The notes beneath the pieces were generated by a model that did no database searches, had not been told where the DNA came from, and was given only the letters and a program-made list of their open reading frames with translations. A stretch of 64,000 bases of DNA from an uncultured Rickettsiales bacterium (lineage in GTDB: Bacteria > Myxococcota_A > UBA796 > UBA9615): the NCBI GenBank assembly GCA_964490445.1, contig CAZBDA010000017.1, positions 148 through 64,147 of the forward strand, given 5' to 3'. Made by a program: the position numbers and the translations under genes. Positions within the stretch are counted from its first letter, which is position 1; every line of letters starts with the position of its first letter. Below are positions 12,126 to 20,995 of the stretch, one piece after another.

Positions 12126-12731
12126 ATGGACTCCAATGTGCCCATGCGCAAGCGCGGAACCAGCAGGCTGGTGGTGGGCGTGCCCGAAGGCCAGCAGCAG
12201 CAGATCCGCGCCCGCATCGAAACCTCCGATGGCGACGTGATCGTTCTGCAGGAAGCCACGCTGGCCGCCCTGGTGCAGGCCTACATGGACGTGTTCACTC
12301 ACCCCAGCACCCACGCCCTCGAGCTCAAAGCCGCCGCCGTGCCGTCGGGCGGCACGGAGCCCAAGCATTACCAACTGGTCCCGGGCACGACTCACGAGGA
12401 CAGGTTGCGACAGGAGTTGGCTCACGCTCCCCGCGGTAGCTTTCTCGATGAGGACGACGACGACACGCAGGTTCTTCGCCAGCCAGAGCCACCGGCAACA
12501 TCCGAGCCCCTCGCCGACCCTGCTGGCACCTTCGGCAACCCTGAGACCCAGACCATGGAGAGGCTGGAGAACCACCCCACAGCCAGCCGGTTCGGCTGGC
12601 GAACCCAGGACGACGGTCCGGTCTTTGGAGACATCCCCACCCAGCACAGTGGTCCAAGAGTCAAGGCGCCGAACGCGAACCAAACACCCACAGAGACAGA
12701 GCCCCCGGCATCAACGGACGACCTTGACTGA
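12126..12731 (+). CDS. hypothetical protein
   Basis: Protein-like composition, whereas the overlapping minus-strand ORF 12087..12683 looks like antisense shadow. The start may be 12144. Confidence 0.4.
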   Translation: MDSNVPMRKRGTSRLVVGVPEGQQQQIRARIETSDGDVIVLQEATLAALVQAYMDVFTHPSTHALELKAAAVPSGGTEPKHYQLVPGTTHEDRLRQELAHAPRGSFLDEDDDDTQVLRQPEPPATSEPLADPAGTFGNPETQTMERLENHPTASRFGWRTQDDGPVFGDIPTQHSGPRVKAPNANQTPTETEPPASTDDLD

Positions 12732-13809
12732 ACCCTCCTCATCGACCCTCGTCCGCGGGCTGGTCGGGCTGGCCTTGCTGTACGCCGTGGTTCTTATGGG
12801 CTGCGGCCCCCAGGACGACGACCAGGACGACAACACCGTCGAAGAGCCGCCCCAAGTTCAACTTATCTGCGACCGAAGTTACCTGCCCGCGCTGACGAAC
12901 CTGGTCGAGTCCGCCCAGGAACAGATCACCATCGCCCACTGGGAACTGTTCAGCGGCGAAGCCACGGCCAGCGTGCTCAACCTGCTTAGCGAGGCCGTGA
13001 CGCGTGGCGTCGAGGTACAGGTCCTCCTGGACGATGAGATCGACGAAAACGCAGACGGGGTCGAGTGGATGCAAGGCCGAGGCATCGACGCACGCATTGA
13101 TTTCGACCAGGACACTCGACTGCACGGCAAGATGCTCATTGCCGACCGCGACCTGGTACTCCTCGGCTCCACCAACTGGTCCAACTCGTCCATCCGTCAC
13201 AACCGCGAGTGCAACCTGCTGGCCTACCGCAGCCAGTCTGCCACCTACCTTCGCAGTTGGTTCGAAGGACTGCTGTCGGACCCCGGGGACCGCGAGCCGC
13301 CGGACCTCGGCCAGGACAGTCCCGAAGAGTTCTCAGCGCTGGTGGACGACCAGATTCTCGAGCATCTGCTGCAACGCTTGGATGCCGCTCAGTTCCAAAT
13401 CGACTTCACTCTCTATGCAACCTATCTGCAGCCCACCAATCTGCAGGCACCGGCGATGAAGCTGTTCTCGGCACTCACCGAGGCCGCGGAACGCGGCGTC
13501 GCCGTGCGCGGGGTCGCCGACTGGTCGGATTGGAACCACGACAACAACGACAGCAACCGTGCGGCAGTGCAGTGGCTACGGGCGCGCGGGGTGGAGATGC
13601 GTTGGGATGAACCGGACGTCACCACGCATGCCAAGGTGTTCCGCATTGATGACGCCGTCCAGGTGCAGTCCGCCAACGTCTCCAGCGGCGGCTTCCGGTG
13701 GAACCGAGAGGTCGCAGGCTGGACTGGTGACAGCTCCGTCGTAGACGACGTAGCGGCCTGGTTTGAGCCACTCTGGGACGCCTCGATGGCCGAGCCAGAA
13801 ACGGGTTAG
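12724..13809 (+). CDS. phospholipase D-like lipoprotein with two HKD motifs (PLD/cardiolipin-synthase/Nuc superfamily)
   Basis: HGKMLIADRDLVLLGSTNWSNSS and HAKVFRIDDAVQVQSANVSSGG, i.e. HxK(x)4D(x)6GSxN twice. Signal peptide ...LVGLALLYAVVLMGC. The start is placed at TTG 12724 and is uncertain. Confidence 0.7.
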   Translation: MTEPSSSTLVRGLVGLALLYAVVLMGCGPQDDDQDDNTVEEPPQVQLICDRSYLPALTNLVESAQEQITIAHWELFSGEATASVLNLLSEAVTRGVEVQVLLDDEIDENADGVEWMQGRGIDARIDFDQDTRLHGKMLIADRDLVLLGSTNWSNSSIRHNRECNLLAYRSQSATYLRSWFEGLLSDPGDREPPDLGQDSPEEFSALVDDQILEHLLQRLDAAQFQIDFTLYATYLQPTNLQAPAMKLFSALTEAAERGVAVRGVADWSDWNHDNNDSNRAAVQWLRARGVEMRWDEPDVTTHAKVFRIDDAVQVQSANVSSGGFRWNREVAGWTGDSSVVDDVAAWFEPLWDASMAEPETG

Positions 13810-13832
13810 TGGCCTTCTCCTTGGACAGCAAC

Positions 13833-13862
13833 TTGAAGTAGCAGCCCCGGGTGCGATACGAT
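13833..13862 (+). promoter_or_regulatory. possible sigma-70-like promoter (TTGAAG-N18-TACGAT) upstream of 13918
   Basis: Sequence match only. High-GC Myxococcota promoters are poorly predictable. Confidence 0.2.
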
Positions 13863-13917
13863 GCGCCGCCTCGATTGAGCTTTGCGAACAGGACAGCACC
13901 ATCTTAGTGGCGGTTGA

Positions 13918-14406
13918 ATGATGGAAGAGGAAGACGCAGTCGAAGAGGTCGATGCCGGGAGCATGGTTATGATTGCCGCGATCATCGATCCGGCCGCCAT
14001 TGCACTGGTTGAAGAATCTCTGCACCACGCAACGCACCTACGGCCTCTGTGGGAACGATTGTTGGTTGGCGAAGAGCCCGAACAGGGCCGAACAATCCTC
14101 GGCATGCCCATGAGCAACAAGGTGACCAGCGACACCATCGAGAACCACTCGAGGCACTTGTTCTCCCTGTTCAACCTGCTGGGGGTTCCGCTGGTTTCGT
14201 CGCCGATGATGTTGCAGCGATTCGACGTCACCCGTGATGCTATGCGTGGCCTGAACGGTCCGGCTGTACGCGCTGACAAGAAAAAAGAGAAAGAGGCCGC
14301 AGCCGCCGCAGCCGCAGCTGCAGAAGCAGAGGCACTCGGCGAGGCACCAGCCGGCGCGGCGCCAGTCGACGCGGCACCAGCCGAAGGCAAGGCTGAAACT
14401 TCGTAG
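13918..14406 (+). CDS. hypothetical small protein with an acidic N-terminus and a Lys/Ala-rich C-terminal tail
   Basis: Reasonable composition and locally lower GC (about 58%). The tail reads DKKKEKEAAAAAAAAAEAEALGEAPAGAAP. Confidence 0.4.
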   Translation: MMEEEDAVEEVDAGSMVMIAAIIDPAAIALVEESLHHATHLRPLWERLLVGEEPEQGRTILGMPMSNKVTSDTIENHSRHLFSLFNLLGVPLVSSPMMLQRFDVTRDAMRGLNGPAVRADKKKEKEAAAAAAAAAEAEALGEAPAGAAPVDAAPAEGKAETS

Positions 14407-14425
14407 TTTTGGCTGAGGCGCTCGT

Positions 14426-17071
14426 CTAGCGCCGTTCCTGGACCTTCTTCAACTCAGACTCGAGACCTTCGATCCGCTCCTCCATCGCCTTGATGCGCGC
14501 CTTGAGCTGACCGTCTGTAGCATCGGGCTCGAGATCGCGTCGACTGCGGATCTGCTCGATGGCTCTTTCTGCCCGCTCGCGGAGCGCCTGGTAGTCCTCT
14601 CGTGCTGCCAGCGCCTGCAAGGCAGTCACAGAACCTCGATCACCGATCTGCGAGAGCACCGAGACTGCCGTCTCACGGGCTCGAACGTGCCTGTCCCAGA
14701 GCATCTGCTCGACGTCGGGCAGAATCTGAGCACGGGCGGTATCCCGGTCCCGTCCCAGCTTCTCGCGCGCGGCGATCTGGACCGAAGCCCACATCGCGCT
14801 GTTACGCAAGCCCTGCTGAGTTCCCGCCTTTCGGGCAGCAGCCAGGGCACGCAGGTCCGAGTTCTGACCCCAGCGGCGGAGAGCATTCGCACCGGCCTGC
14901 TGGAGTACCATATCCTCGGTGGCAGGGGCCCTGAGCGCAGCAATCGCCCGGGGACGGATCCGCTCCTCCTCGAGCTTCGCCAGGGCGCGGAGTGCTGCCG
15001 CTCGAACATGGTCCACCGGATCCTTGTTGAGAAGCGACTCGAGAGCCCGGATCACCCTCTCTTCCGTCTCTACCTGGCCGAGGGCCTGCACCAACTCAGC
15101 CCGCAGCTTTGCCTTTCCGGGCCCCTTGCCCGACTCTCGCCCGAGCGCGGCGAGCAACGCCTCGACATCCTCCGACGAGCGCCACGCGGCCAGGATCTCA
15201 ACAGCACCGATGCGATGCGCCAGGGCCGCTTCGCCGCTCACTAGGATCTGTACGACCCGAGCCCGGACCTCGTCCCGGGAGCTGCCCTTGAGGGCCTTCA
15301 GTCCAACCAGAGCCAACTCTCGGGCGTAGGGGTGCTTGCTATCCAGCTGGGCAGCCCACTGCGCAGCGTTCTGCTGGTTGTCGATGTCCGCCAGCAAGCC
15401 GCCGCGAGGATCGACCGCTACGTACAGCGGCGCCGCCGCCATTTCCAGTTGCACCGAAGCCTGCTCACCTTCCAGCCAGAGCCGCTCTACTCGGCTACCG
15501 GCTGCCGTCGCTACCTCGATGTCCACGGGCAGGGTAAAGGTCGGCACGAGCCCACCGGGCGCCTGGCTTTGCTTCACTGTGACACGCAAGGTGCCGGTAT
15601 CCGCGTCGTGCTGATGCGACACCGTGAGCTTCGGGTGACCAGCCAGGTACACCCACTGGTCGAAGAACCAGTCCAGGTACATCCCCGACTCTTTCTCCAT
15701 GGCCCGCTTCAGGTCTTCGGTCTGCACCAGTTGCCCTCGGTGGGAGCTGACGTAGCGAGCGATTCCGCGAGAAAACGTCTCGTCGCCCAGTAGAACGCGC
15801 AGCATCTGCAGGACCGATGCTCCCTTGCCGTAGGGGTTGGCGGAGCGCTGATCGGCGGAGTCGTTGAAGAACCGGCGTACCAGCGGGCGCGGCCGGCGCT
15901 TGTCGGCGCCCATGACACCGGCGTAGCGCTGCCGCGTACGCCGCGCGGCGTACTCCACTCCCCTGGACTTCTCCATCCACAAGCCTCCGAAGTAGGTCGC
16001 AAAGCCCTCGTTCAGCCAGAGATGGCGCCAGGTACGACAGGTAAGCAGGTCACCGAACCACTGGTGCGCCAACTCGTGGGCCACCACCGACTCACCCCAG
16101 GTGTTGAAGCCCGCGTTCCGCTCGGGGCTGAGGAGGTGCCGATCCATCACCGTAGCGGCGCTGTTCTCCATGCCCGTGTACAGGAAACGCTGCACCATGA
16201 TCTGGCGATACACCGGGTAGGGGTAGTCGGTACCCGTAAGGCTCGACAACAGGTCCATCATCTCGCCCGTACGACCGAGCAGCCGACGCATGGCCGCCTC
16301 GTCAGCGTCACCTGCAGCGTAGTAATGCAGAGGAATTTCGCGCCATTGGTCCTGCCAGTGGCGATACTCGGCTGCCGCAACCATCACCAGGTAGCTGACC
16401 AGGTCCTCATTACCCAGGGCGTAGTGCCACGTCGTGTAGCCGAGGCGGCCGCTTGCCGGCTCCTTGCTCAGTAGCTTGCCGTTCGAGATGACCTGCAGGT
16501 GGCTCTTGGCAGTAAAGCGCCCCTCGTAGGTGAAGCGCTCTCGCGGGAAGTCGAAGGTGGGGAACCAGAACCGGTTGTCCTCGTCTTCGCCCTGGGACCA
16601 CACTTCGGGATAGCTATCTGGCGAATCCCTGCCGGGTCCGCGAAAGTGGAGCCCGGTGTCCGGCTCAGCAGAATAGGTAAAAGACAGCTGCACGGGCCTG
16701 GCGCGGCTCATTCCCTCGGGCAGAACCACGACGACGCTGTCTTCGTTGAGTCGAAAGTCAACGCTCACACCGTCGACGGTGACTGCGCTGATGTTCAATC
16801 CAACCTGGTGGAAGAGCAACTGTCGCAATCCATCCCGCAAGGGTCGCACCCGGTGGGTTGCAGTGCCCTCGATCCGCCCGCCATCGAGGTCCAGCCCCAG
16901 GTCAAGTGCGAGGTGTTCGATGTCGACCACTCGATCGGGAGAAATACTGCCCCTGGCATCGGGCTGCAGCGCAGCGCGTGGCTTGCCATCCTCGGCCGCA
17001 GACAGGCCCGGGAGCAGACAAAGGAGCCCACCCAACAAGAGCGACTCGAAGCTAACCCATGCCCGTTTCAC
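14426..17071 (-). CDS. M1-family zinc aminopeptidase (aminopeptidase N-like) with a C-terminal HEAT/ARM helical domain and a terminal coiled coil
   Basis: GMENS (GAMEN) motif. HELAHQWFGDLLTCRTWRHLWLNEGFATY is the HEXXH-X18-E signature. Signal peptide present. Confidence 0.9.
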   Translation of the reverse strand: MKRAWVSFESLLLGGLLCLLPGLSAAEDGKPRAALQPDARGSISPDRVVDIEHLALDLGLDLDGGRIEGTATHRVRPLRDGLRQLLFHQVGLNISAVTVDGVSVDFRLNEDSVVVVLPEGMSRARPVQLSFTYSAEPDTGLHFRGPGRDSPDSYPEVWSQGEDEDNRFWFPTFDFPRERFTYEGRFTAKSHLQVISNGKLLSKEPASGRLGYTTWHYALGNEDLVSYLVMVAAAEYRHWQDQWREIPLHYYAAGDADEAAMRRLLGRTGEMMDLLSSLTGTDYPYPVYRQIMVQRFLYTGMENSAATVMDRHLLSPERNAGFNTWGESVVAHELAHQWFGDLLTCRTWRHLWLNEGFATYFGGLWMEKSRGVEYAARRTRQRYAGVMGADKRRPRPLVRRFFNDSADQRSANPYGKGASVLQMLRVLLGDETFSRGIARYVSSHRGQLVQTEDLKRAMEKESGMYLDWFFDQWVYLAGHPKLTVSHQHDADTGTLRVTVKQSQAPGGLVPTFTLPVDIEVATAAGSRVERLWLEGEQASVQLEMAAAPLYVAVDPRGGLLADIDNQQNAAQWAAQLDSKHPYARELALVGLKALKGSSRDEVRARVVQILVSGEAALAHRIGAVEILAAWRSSEDVEALLAALGRESGKGPGKAKLRAELVQALGQVETEERVIRALESLLNKDPVDHVRAAALRALAKLEEERIRPRAIAALRAPATEDMVLQQAGANALRRWGQNSDLRALAAARKAGTQQGLRNSAMWASVQIAAREKLGRDRDTARAQILPDVEQMLWDRHVRARETAVSVLSQIGDRGSVTALQALAAREDYQALRERAERAIEQIRSRRDLEPDATDGQLKARIKAMEERIEGLESELKKVQERR

Positions 17072-17148
17072 GGGGGCATCCTACACCGCCTCCTACAAGC
17101 CTGTCGGGCACGGACTGCTATGCTTCTGACCTACCTTAGCCCTGTGCC

Positions 17149-18351
17149 ATGCCTGACCTTCCCCTTCGTCCCCACGGCTCCCGACCACTCGAGCGCCACC
17201 CCACCGCTCGGACGACCATCGCTCTGCTGCTACTACTGCTATTGGCCGGCGCCGACTGCGACGACGACCCCGAGGGCAATACAGCCGGTGAATGCAGTGA
17301 CGGCGCGGACAATGACGGCGACCGCCTGTATGACTGCGATGATCCGCACTGCTTCGGGGCACCGGCCTGCCAAGGGGACGACGACGACTCAGCAGGCGAC
17401 GACGATTCGCTAGGCGACGACGACTCAGCAGGCGACGACGATTCAGCAGGCGACGACGATTCAGCAGGCGACGACGATTCAGCGGGCGACGACGATTCGC
17501 TAGGCGACGACGACGACAGCGCCCTGAACATCCCTCCCTACCCCGTCGGTCTCAGCGCCGGCCACTATCACAATTGCCGCATCGACTCCTCCGGCGAGAT
17601 CCAATGCTGGGGCAACAACGAGTACGGCCAGTGCAACGCACCCATTGGTCCCTTTGTGAGTGTCTCTGCAGGCGGCTACCACTCGTGCGCCTTGCGTCCC
17701 GACGGAGTGGTCGCCTGCTGGGGCTACAACTACAGCGGCCAGGCAGTGGCTCCCGCCGCAGCCTTCATCCAGATCAGCGCCGGTGCTCGGCACAGTTGCG
17801 GCCTGCGGGTCGATGGCTCGGTGCAGTGCTGGGGTGCCGACGAGCACGGGCAGTCCACTCCATCCAAAGGGAATTTCCTGCGGGTTGCCGCTGGCGGACG
17901 CCACACCTGCGGCCTACGCGACAATCTCGATGTCATCTGCTGGGGCGAAGATCTTTATGCGCAGCTGTTTGGTCCCCAGGTGGCCGGTGGCACGCTCACA
18001 CCCGAGCAGATCGAGGCCTATGCCCTCAGTGCGGGCGACCGCCACAACTGCCAGGTCGACCCAAGCCTGGAGATTCACTGCTGGGGTGCCGATGCAGACA
18101 ACCAGACCGCAACTCCGCCCGGCCAGTTCATCGACGTAAGCGCAGGTGGCTTTCACAGTTGCGGGATTCGAGACGACGGGATTGCCCTGTGCTGGGGGCG
18201 AGACGGGCTGGGACAGTCCTCTCCGCCCGTCGGAGTGGCCTACATTACGATCAGCGCCGGCGCTTACCACAGTTGTGCTCTGCGCGAGAACGGCACCGTG
18301 CACTGCTGGGGACTGGATGACTGGGGACAATCTACCGAGATACCGCAGTGA
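17149..18351 (+). CDS. acidic secreted lipoprotein with poly-Asp repeats and an RCC1-like beta-propeller
   Basis: Hydrophobic leader LLLLLLLAGADC. Motif GECSDGADNDGDRLYDCDDPHC. The repeat DDDS[AL]G x7. About 7 repeats of the form [YF]HSC[AG]LR.DG.V.CWG.....GQ. Confidence 0.75.
   Translation: MPDLPLRPHGSRPLERHPTARTTIALLLLLLLAGADCDDDPEGNTAGECSDGADNDGDRLYDCDDPHCFGAPACQGDDDDSAGDDDSLGDDDSAGDDDSAGDDDSAGDDDSAGDDDSLGDDDDSALNIPPYPVGLSAGHYHNCRIDSSGEIQCWGNNEYGQCNAPIGPFVSVSAGGYHSCALRPDGVVACWGYNYSGQAVAPAAAFIQISAGARHSCGLRVDGSVQCWGADEHGQSTPSKGNFLRVAAGGRHTCGLRDNLDVICWGEDLYAQLFGPQVAGGTLTPEQIEAYALSAGDRHNCQVDPSLEIHCWGADADNQTATPPGQFIDVSAGGFHSCGIRDDGIALCWGRDGLGQSSPPVGVAYITISAGAYHSCALRENGTVHCWGLDDWGQSTEIPQ
17377..17519 (+). 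repeat. 18-bp in-frame tandem repeat (ggcgacgacgattcagca, about 7 copies) encoding DDDSAG/DDDSLG
   Basis: Seen directly in the DNA. Confidence 0.9.
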
Positions 18352-18410
18352 GGATGGGATAGGCTGTTCCTTGGAGGTGGGCCATCCCGAAATACTTCGA
18401 CAACACGCCA

Positions 18411-19439
18411 GTGAAGATGGTCGGGACGATCATGGTCTTGCTGCTGGCCATGACGGGCTGCCAACCGGATGTACCCGCCCCACAGTTTGACGACTGCCCG
18501 GATCCCGTCGACGACGACGACAGCAACGGCGGCGATGACGACGACAGCAACGACGGCGATGACGACGACAGCACCCCGGCGCCCCCCGTCAGCGGGCCTC
18601 CCGCGGCAGCAGAGCTCTCAGTCTTCCCGGCAGATGCTGGCGCGCAGGATGACCTGCATTGCCTCGTGACGCAGGCCGCCGTAGATCCCGATGGCGACGA
18701 GGTCAGCTACAGCTTCTCCTGGCTGAGCGACGGCAGCGGCACGGGCAACACGACGAACTACGTCCCAGCGGCCGCGACAACCTTCGGCCAGGAGTGGGTC
18801 TGCGAGGTGATTCCACGAGATGCCGAAGCGCACGGCCCGGCGAGCAGCGCCTCGGTGACTATCGGCGCGAACAACTCCCCTCCCACGGCGCCGGGCCTGA
18901 TCATCGAGCCGGCCAACGCAGAGGCCGGCGCCGCGCTGTACTGCCTCATTGACCAGGCATCCGAAGACGCCGATGGCGACGAGGTCGCCTACAGCTACCG
19001 CTGGGAACTCAACGACGTACCCAGCGAGAACCACACCTCGATGGTTCTCGGCGAGATGGTCCTGGAAGGCGATTGCTGGACCTGCGTGGTGGTGGCATAT
19101 GACCGAACAAGCATGGGCGCCAGTGTCGCGGACAGCGCGTGCATCGAGGCCGGAGCCCCCGAACCCCCAACCCAACCGGTCGTTGAGGTCGCTCTACTCG
19201 GTAACGGCGACCTGGAGTGCTCTATCATCGTCGGCTCCGAGAGTCCGGGCGATCCCGGCGCAATCATCACCTACCAGTTTTCCTGGACGATGAACGGCAT
19301 CGACACCGGTATCGTAATCGACCTGGTAGAAGCCTCGCAGATCAATCCAGGCGAGCTGTGGACCTGTTCGGCGACTCCATTCGACGGAGTCCTTTTCGGT
19401 CCTCCAGGGACAGATGACATCATGACCCCACAGCCCTAG
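18411..19439 (+). CDS. acidic lipoprotein with poly-Asp repeats and three tandem copies of an unassigned Cys-containing domain of about 90 aa
   Basis: Lipobox LLLAMTGC. The repeat DDDDSNGG x3. Three repeats sharing L.C.[IV]..A..D.DGDEV.YS[FY].W......W.C. Confidence 0.7.
   Translation: MKMVGTIMVLLLAMTGCQPDVPAPQFDDCPDPVDDDDSNGGDDDDSNDGDDDDSTPAPPVSGPPAAAELSVFPADAGAQDDLHCLVTQAAVDPDGDEVSYSFSWLSDGSGTGNTTNYVPAAATTFGQEWVCEVIPRDAEAHGPASSASVTIGANNSPPTAPGLIIEPANAEAGAALYCLIDQASEDADGDEVAYSYRWELNDVPSENHTSMVLGEMVLEGDCWTCVVVAYDRTSMGASVADSACIEAGAPEPPTQPVVEVALLGNGDLECSIIVGSESPGDPGAIITYQFSWTMNGIDTGIVIDLVEASQINPGELWTCSATPFDGVLFGPPGTDDIMTPQP
18505..18582 (+). repeat. 24-bp in-frame tandem repeat (about 3 copies) encoding DDDDSNGG/DDDDSNDG
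   Basis: Seen directly in the DNA. Confidence 0.85.
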
Positions 19440-19525
19440 GTGACTCTCGTCACGTCGAACGCTGCGAAACGCCTGCCGACGCGCTAACTTGTGCAGTACG
19501 CGACCTGCGCAACGGGAGAGTATCC

Positions 19526-20965
19526 GTGAAAGTATCCATCGTCGTTCCGCCGTTTGACTACGGCCGCATGCTGTATGGGTTGATGCGGAGCCGCTCGTTC
19601 CACAACGCGGTTCCCCTCGGAGCGATCTCGGTCGCGGCGCACCTACGCGAGGCCGGACACCAGGTCCAGGTCGTCGACGCGCCGGCTCTCGATCTCGACC
19701 TGCTGCAGACCTGCGCCGAGGTCAACCATTTCGGGCCAGACGCCGTGGGGATCAGTTCGACGAGTGTCATCTGGCACTCGGCGGCAAAGCTTGCTCCCAT
19801 GCTCAAGGAGCGCTTCGCAGTCCCCATCTTCGTGGGCGGGCCCCACCCCAGCACCTACCCCGAACACTGCCTGGAGAACCCGAGCGTCGATATCGCCGTG
19901 TTCGGCGAGGGTGAGGAAACCGCAGTTGAGCTGGTCGACCGCCTGGCATCAGGAGAGAGCCTGGAAGGAGTCTGCGGAGTGGCATGGAAGGAGGACGGGC
20001 AGGTGCGCAGAAACGAGCCGCGCATTCCGAAAGGAAGTCTCGATGATGCCCCCCTGCCCGCGTATCACCTGCTCGAGTTGGAACGCTACTCTGCGCCGCC
20101 GATGCGGGTGCGCCAGACTCCCGCCGTATACATGGAGTTGTTCCGCGGCTGTGCCTACGCCAAGTGCAGTTACTGCACCAGCGCGGGCAGCCTGAAGAAT
20201 CGCTTTCGACGCCACAGCCCGGCGATCGCTGCAGAGAAAGTCCAAACCCTGAACCGCAGGTACGGCGCACGCGAGATTGCCTTTGTCGACGACGATTTCG
20301 TGGTCGGCAAGGACTGGATCTACGACTTCTGCGAGGAGTTGCGCCGCCGCGACAACCCGGTCAGTTGGAGTTGCTACGTGCGCGCCAGCCAGGTCGATGC
20401 AGGTGTGTTCCACACCATGAAGGCCGCCGGCTGTCACCAGGTTCTCATGGGCATCGAAGTACTCGACAACGACATGCTTGAAGACTTGAACAAGGACCTG
20501 ACCATCGACTCGTGCCACGAGGCGATTCGTGCCGCCCACTCCGCCGGCATCCTGGTTGTGGGACTGTTCATGGTCGGCGTACCCAAGAGTTCACCCCAGC
20601 AGGTGCGGAAAACCGTCGCCGAGGCGCTCCGCCAGGAGGTCGACGTCGCCGTGTTTTCCCTGTATCGCCCACCGCCTGGCTCGGAGTCCTTCGACGAACT
20701 CGGCTGGGGACCCGAGGAGTTCATCCGCTCCTTCAAGCTACAGAAGCAGGCCGTGTACGTGCCCAGCGGTTACCGAGACCTCAAAGAAGTGGAGGCCACG
20801 TTCAAGGAGGCCTACCGCAGCTTCTATCTCGACCCCCGCTTCATGAAGCGCGCCGCCCAGAAGATCTTCAGTGACACCGTATTGGCGAAGAACATCGTCA
20901 AGGGGGCCCTCACCCTCGCCGACCAGTTCCGCCCGAGCCTGAGCAATCTGCGTATCGGACACTGA
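19526..20965 (+). CDS. B12-binding-domain radical SAM protein (class B rSAM family)
   Basis: N-terminal Rossmann-like B12-binding pattern (VSIVVPPF..., GAISVAAHLREAGHQVQVVD). A Cys cluster RGCAYAKCSYC (Cx4Cx2C) sits where the rSAM CxxxCxxC would be. GTG start with a GGGAGAG Shine-Dalgarno sequence 5 nt upstream. Confidence 0.7.
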   Translation: MKVSIVVPPFDYGRMLYGLMRSRSFHNAVPLGAISVAAHLREAGHQVQVVDAPALDLDLLQTCAEVNHFGPDAVGISSTSVIWHSAAKLAPMLKERFAVPIFVGGPHPSTYPEHCLENPSVDIAVFGEGEETAVELVDRLASGESLEGVCGVAWKEDGQVRRNEPRIPKGSLDDAPLPAYHLLELERYSAPPMRVRQTPAVYMELFRGCAYAKCSYCTSAGSLKNRFRRHSPAIAAEKVQTLNRRYGAREIAFVDDDFVVGKDWIYDFCEELRRRDNPVSWSCYVRASQVDAGVFHTMKAAGCHQVLMGIEVLDNDMLEDLNKDLTIDSCHEAIRAAHSAGILVVGLFMVGVPKSSPQQVRKTVAEALRQEVDVAVFSLYRPPPGSESFDELGWGPEEFIRSFKLQKQAVYVPSGYRDLKEVEATFKEAYRSFYLDPRFMKRAAQKIFSDTVLAKNIVKGALTLADQFRPSLSNLRIGH

Positions 20966-20995
20966 GCCAGGACTCGCCTTCGAGTGCGAGCCCCG

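Noticed and set aside
19440-19525. The small GTGAC-TCTC-GTCAC inverted repeat after the triple-repeat lipoprotein, as a possible terminator.
   Set aside because: The stem is only 5 bp and there is no U-tract. The rSAM gene, 86 nt downstream, has its own good Shine-Dalgarno sequence, so read-through is equally plausible.
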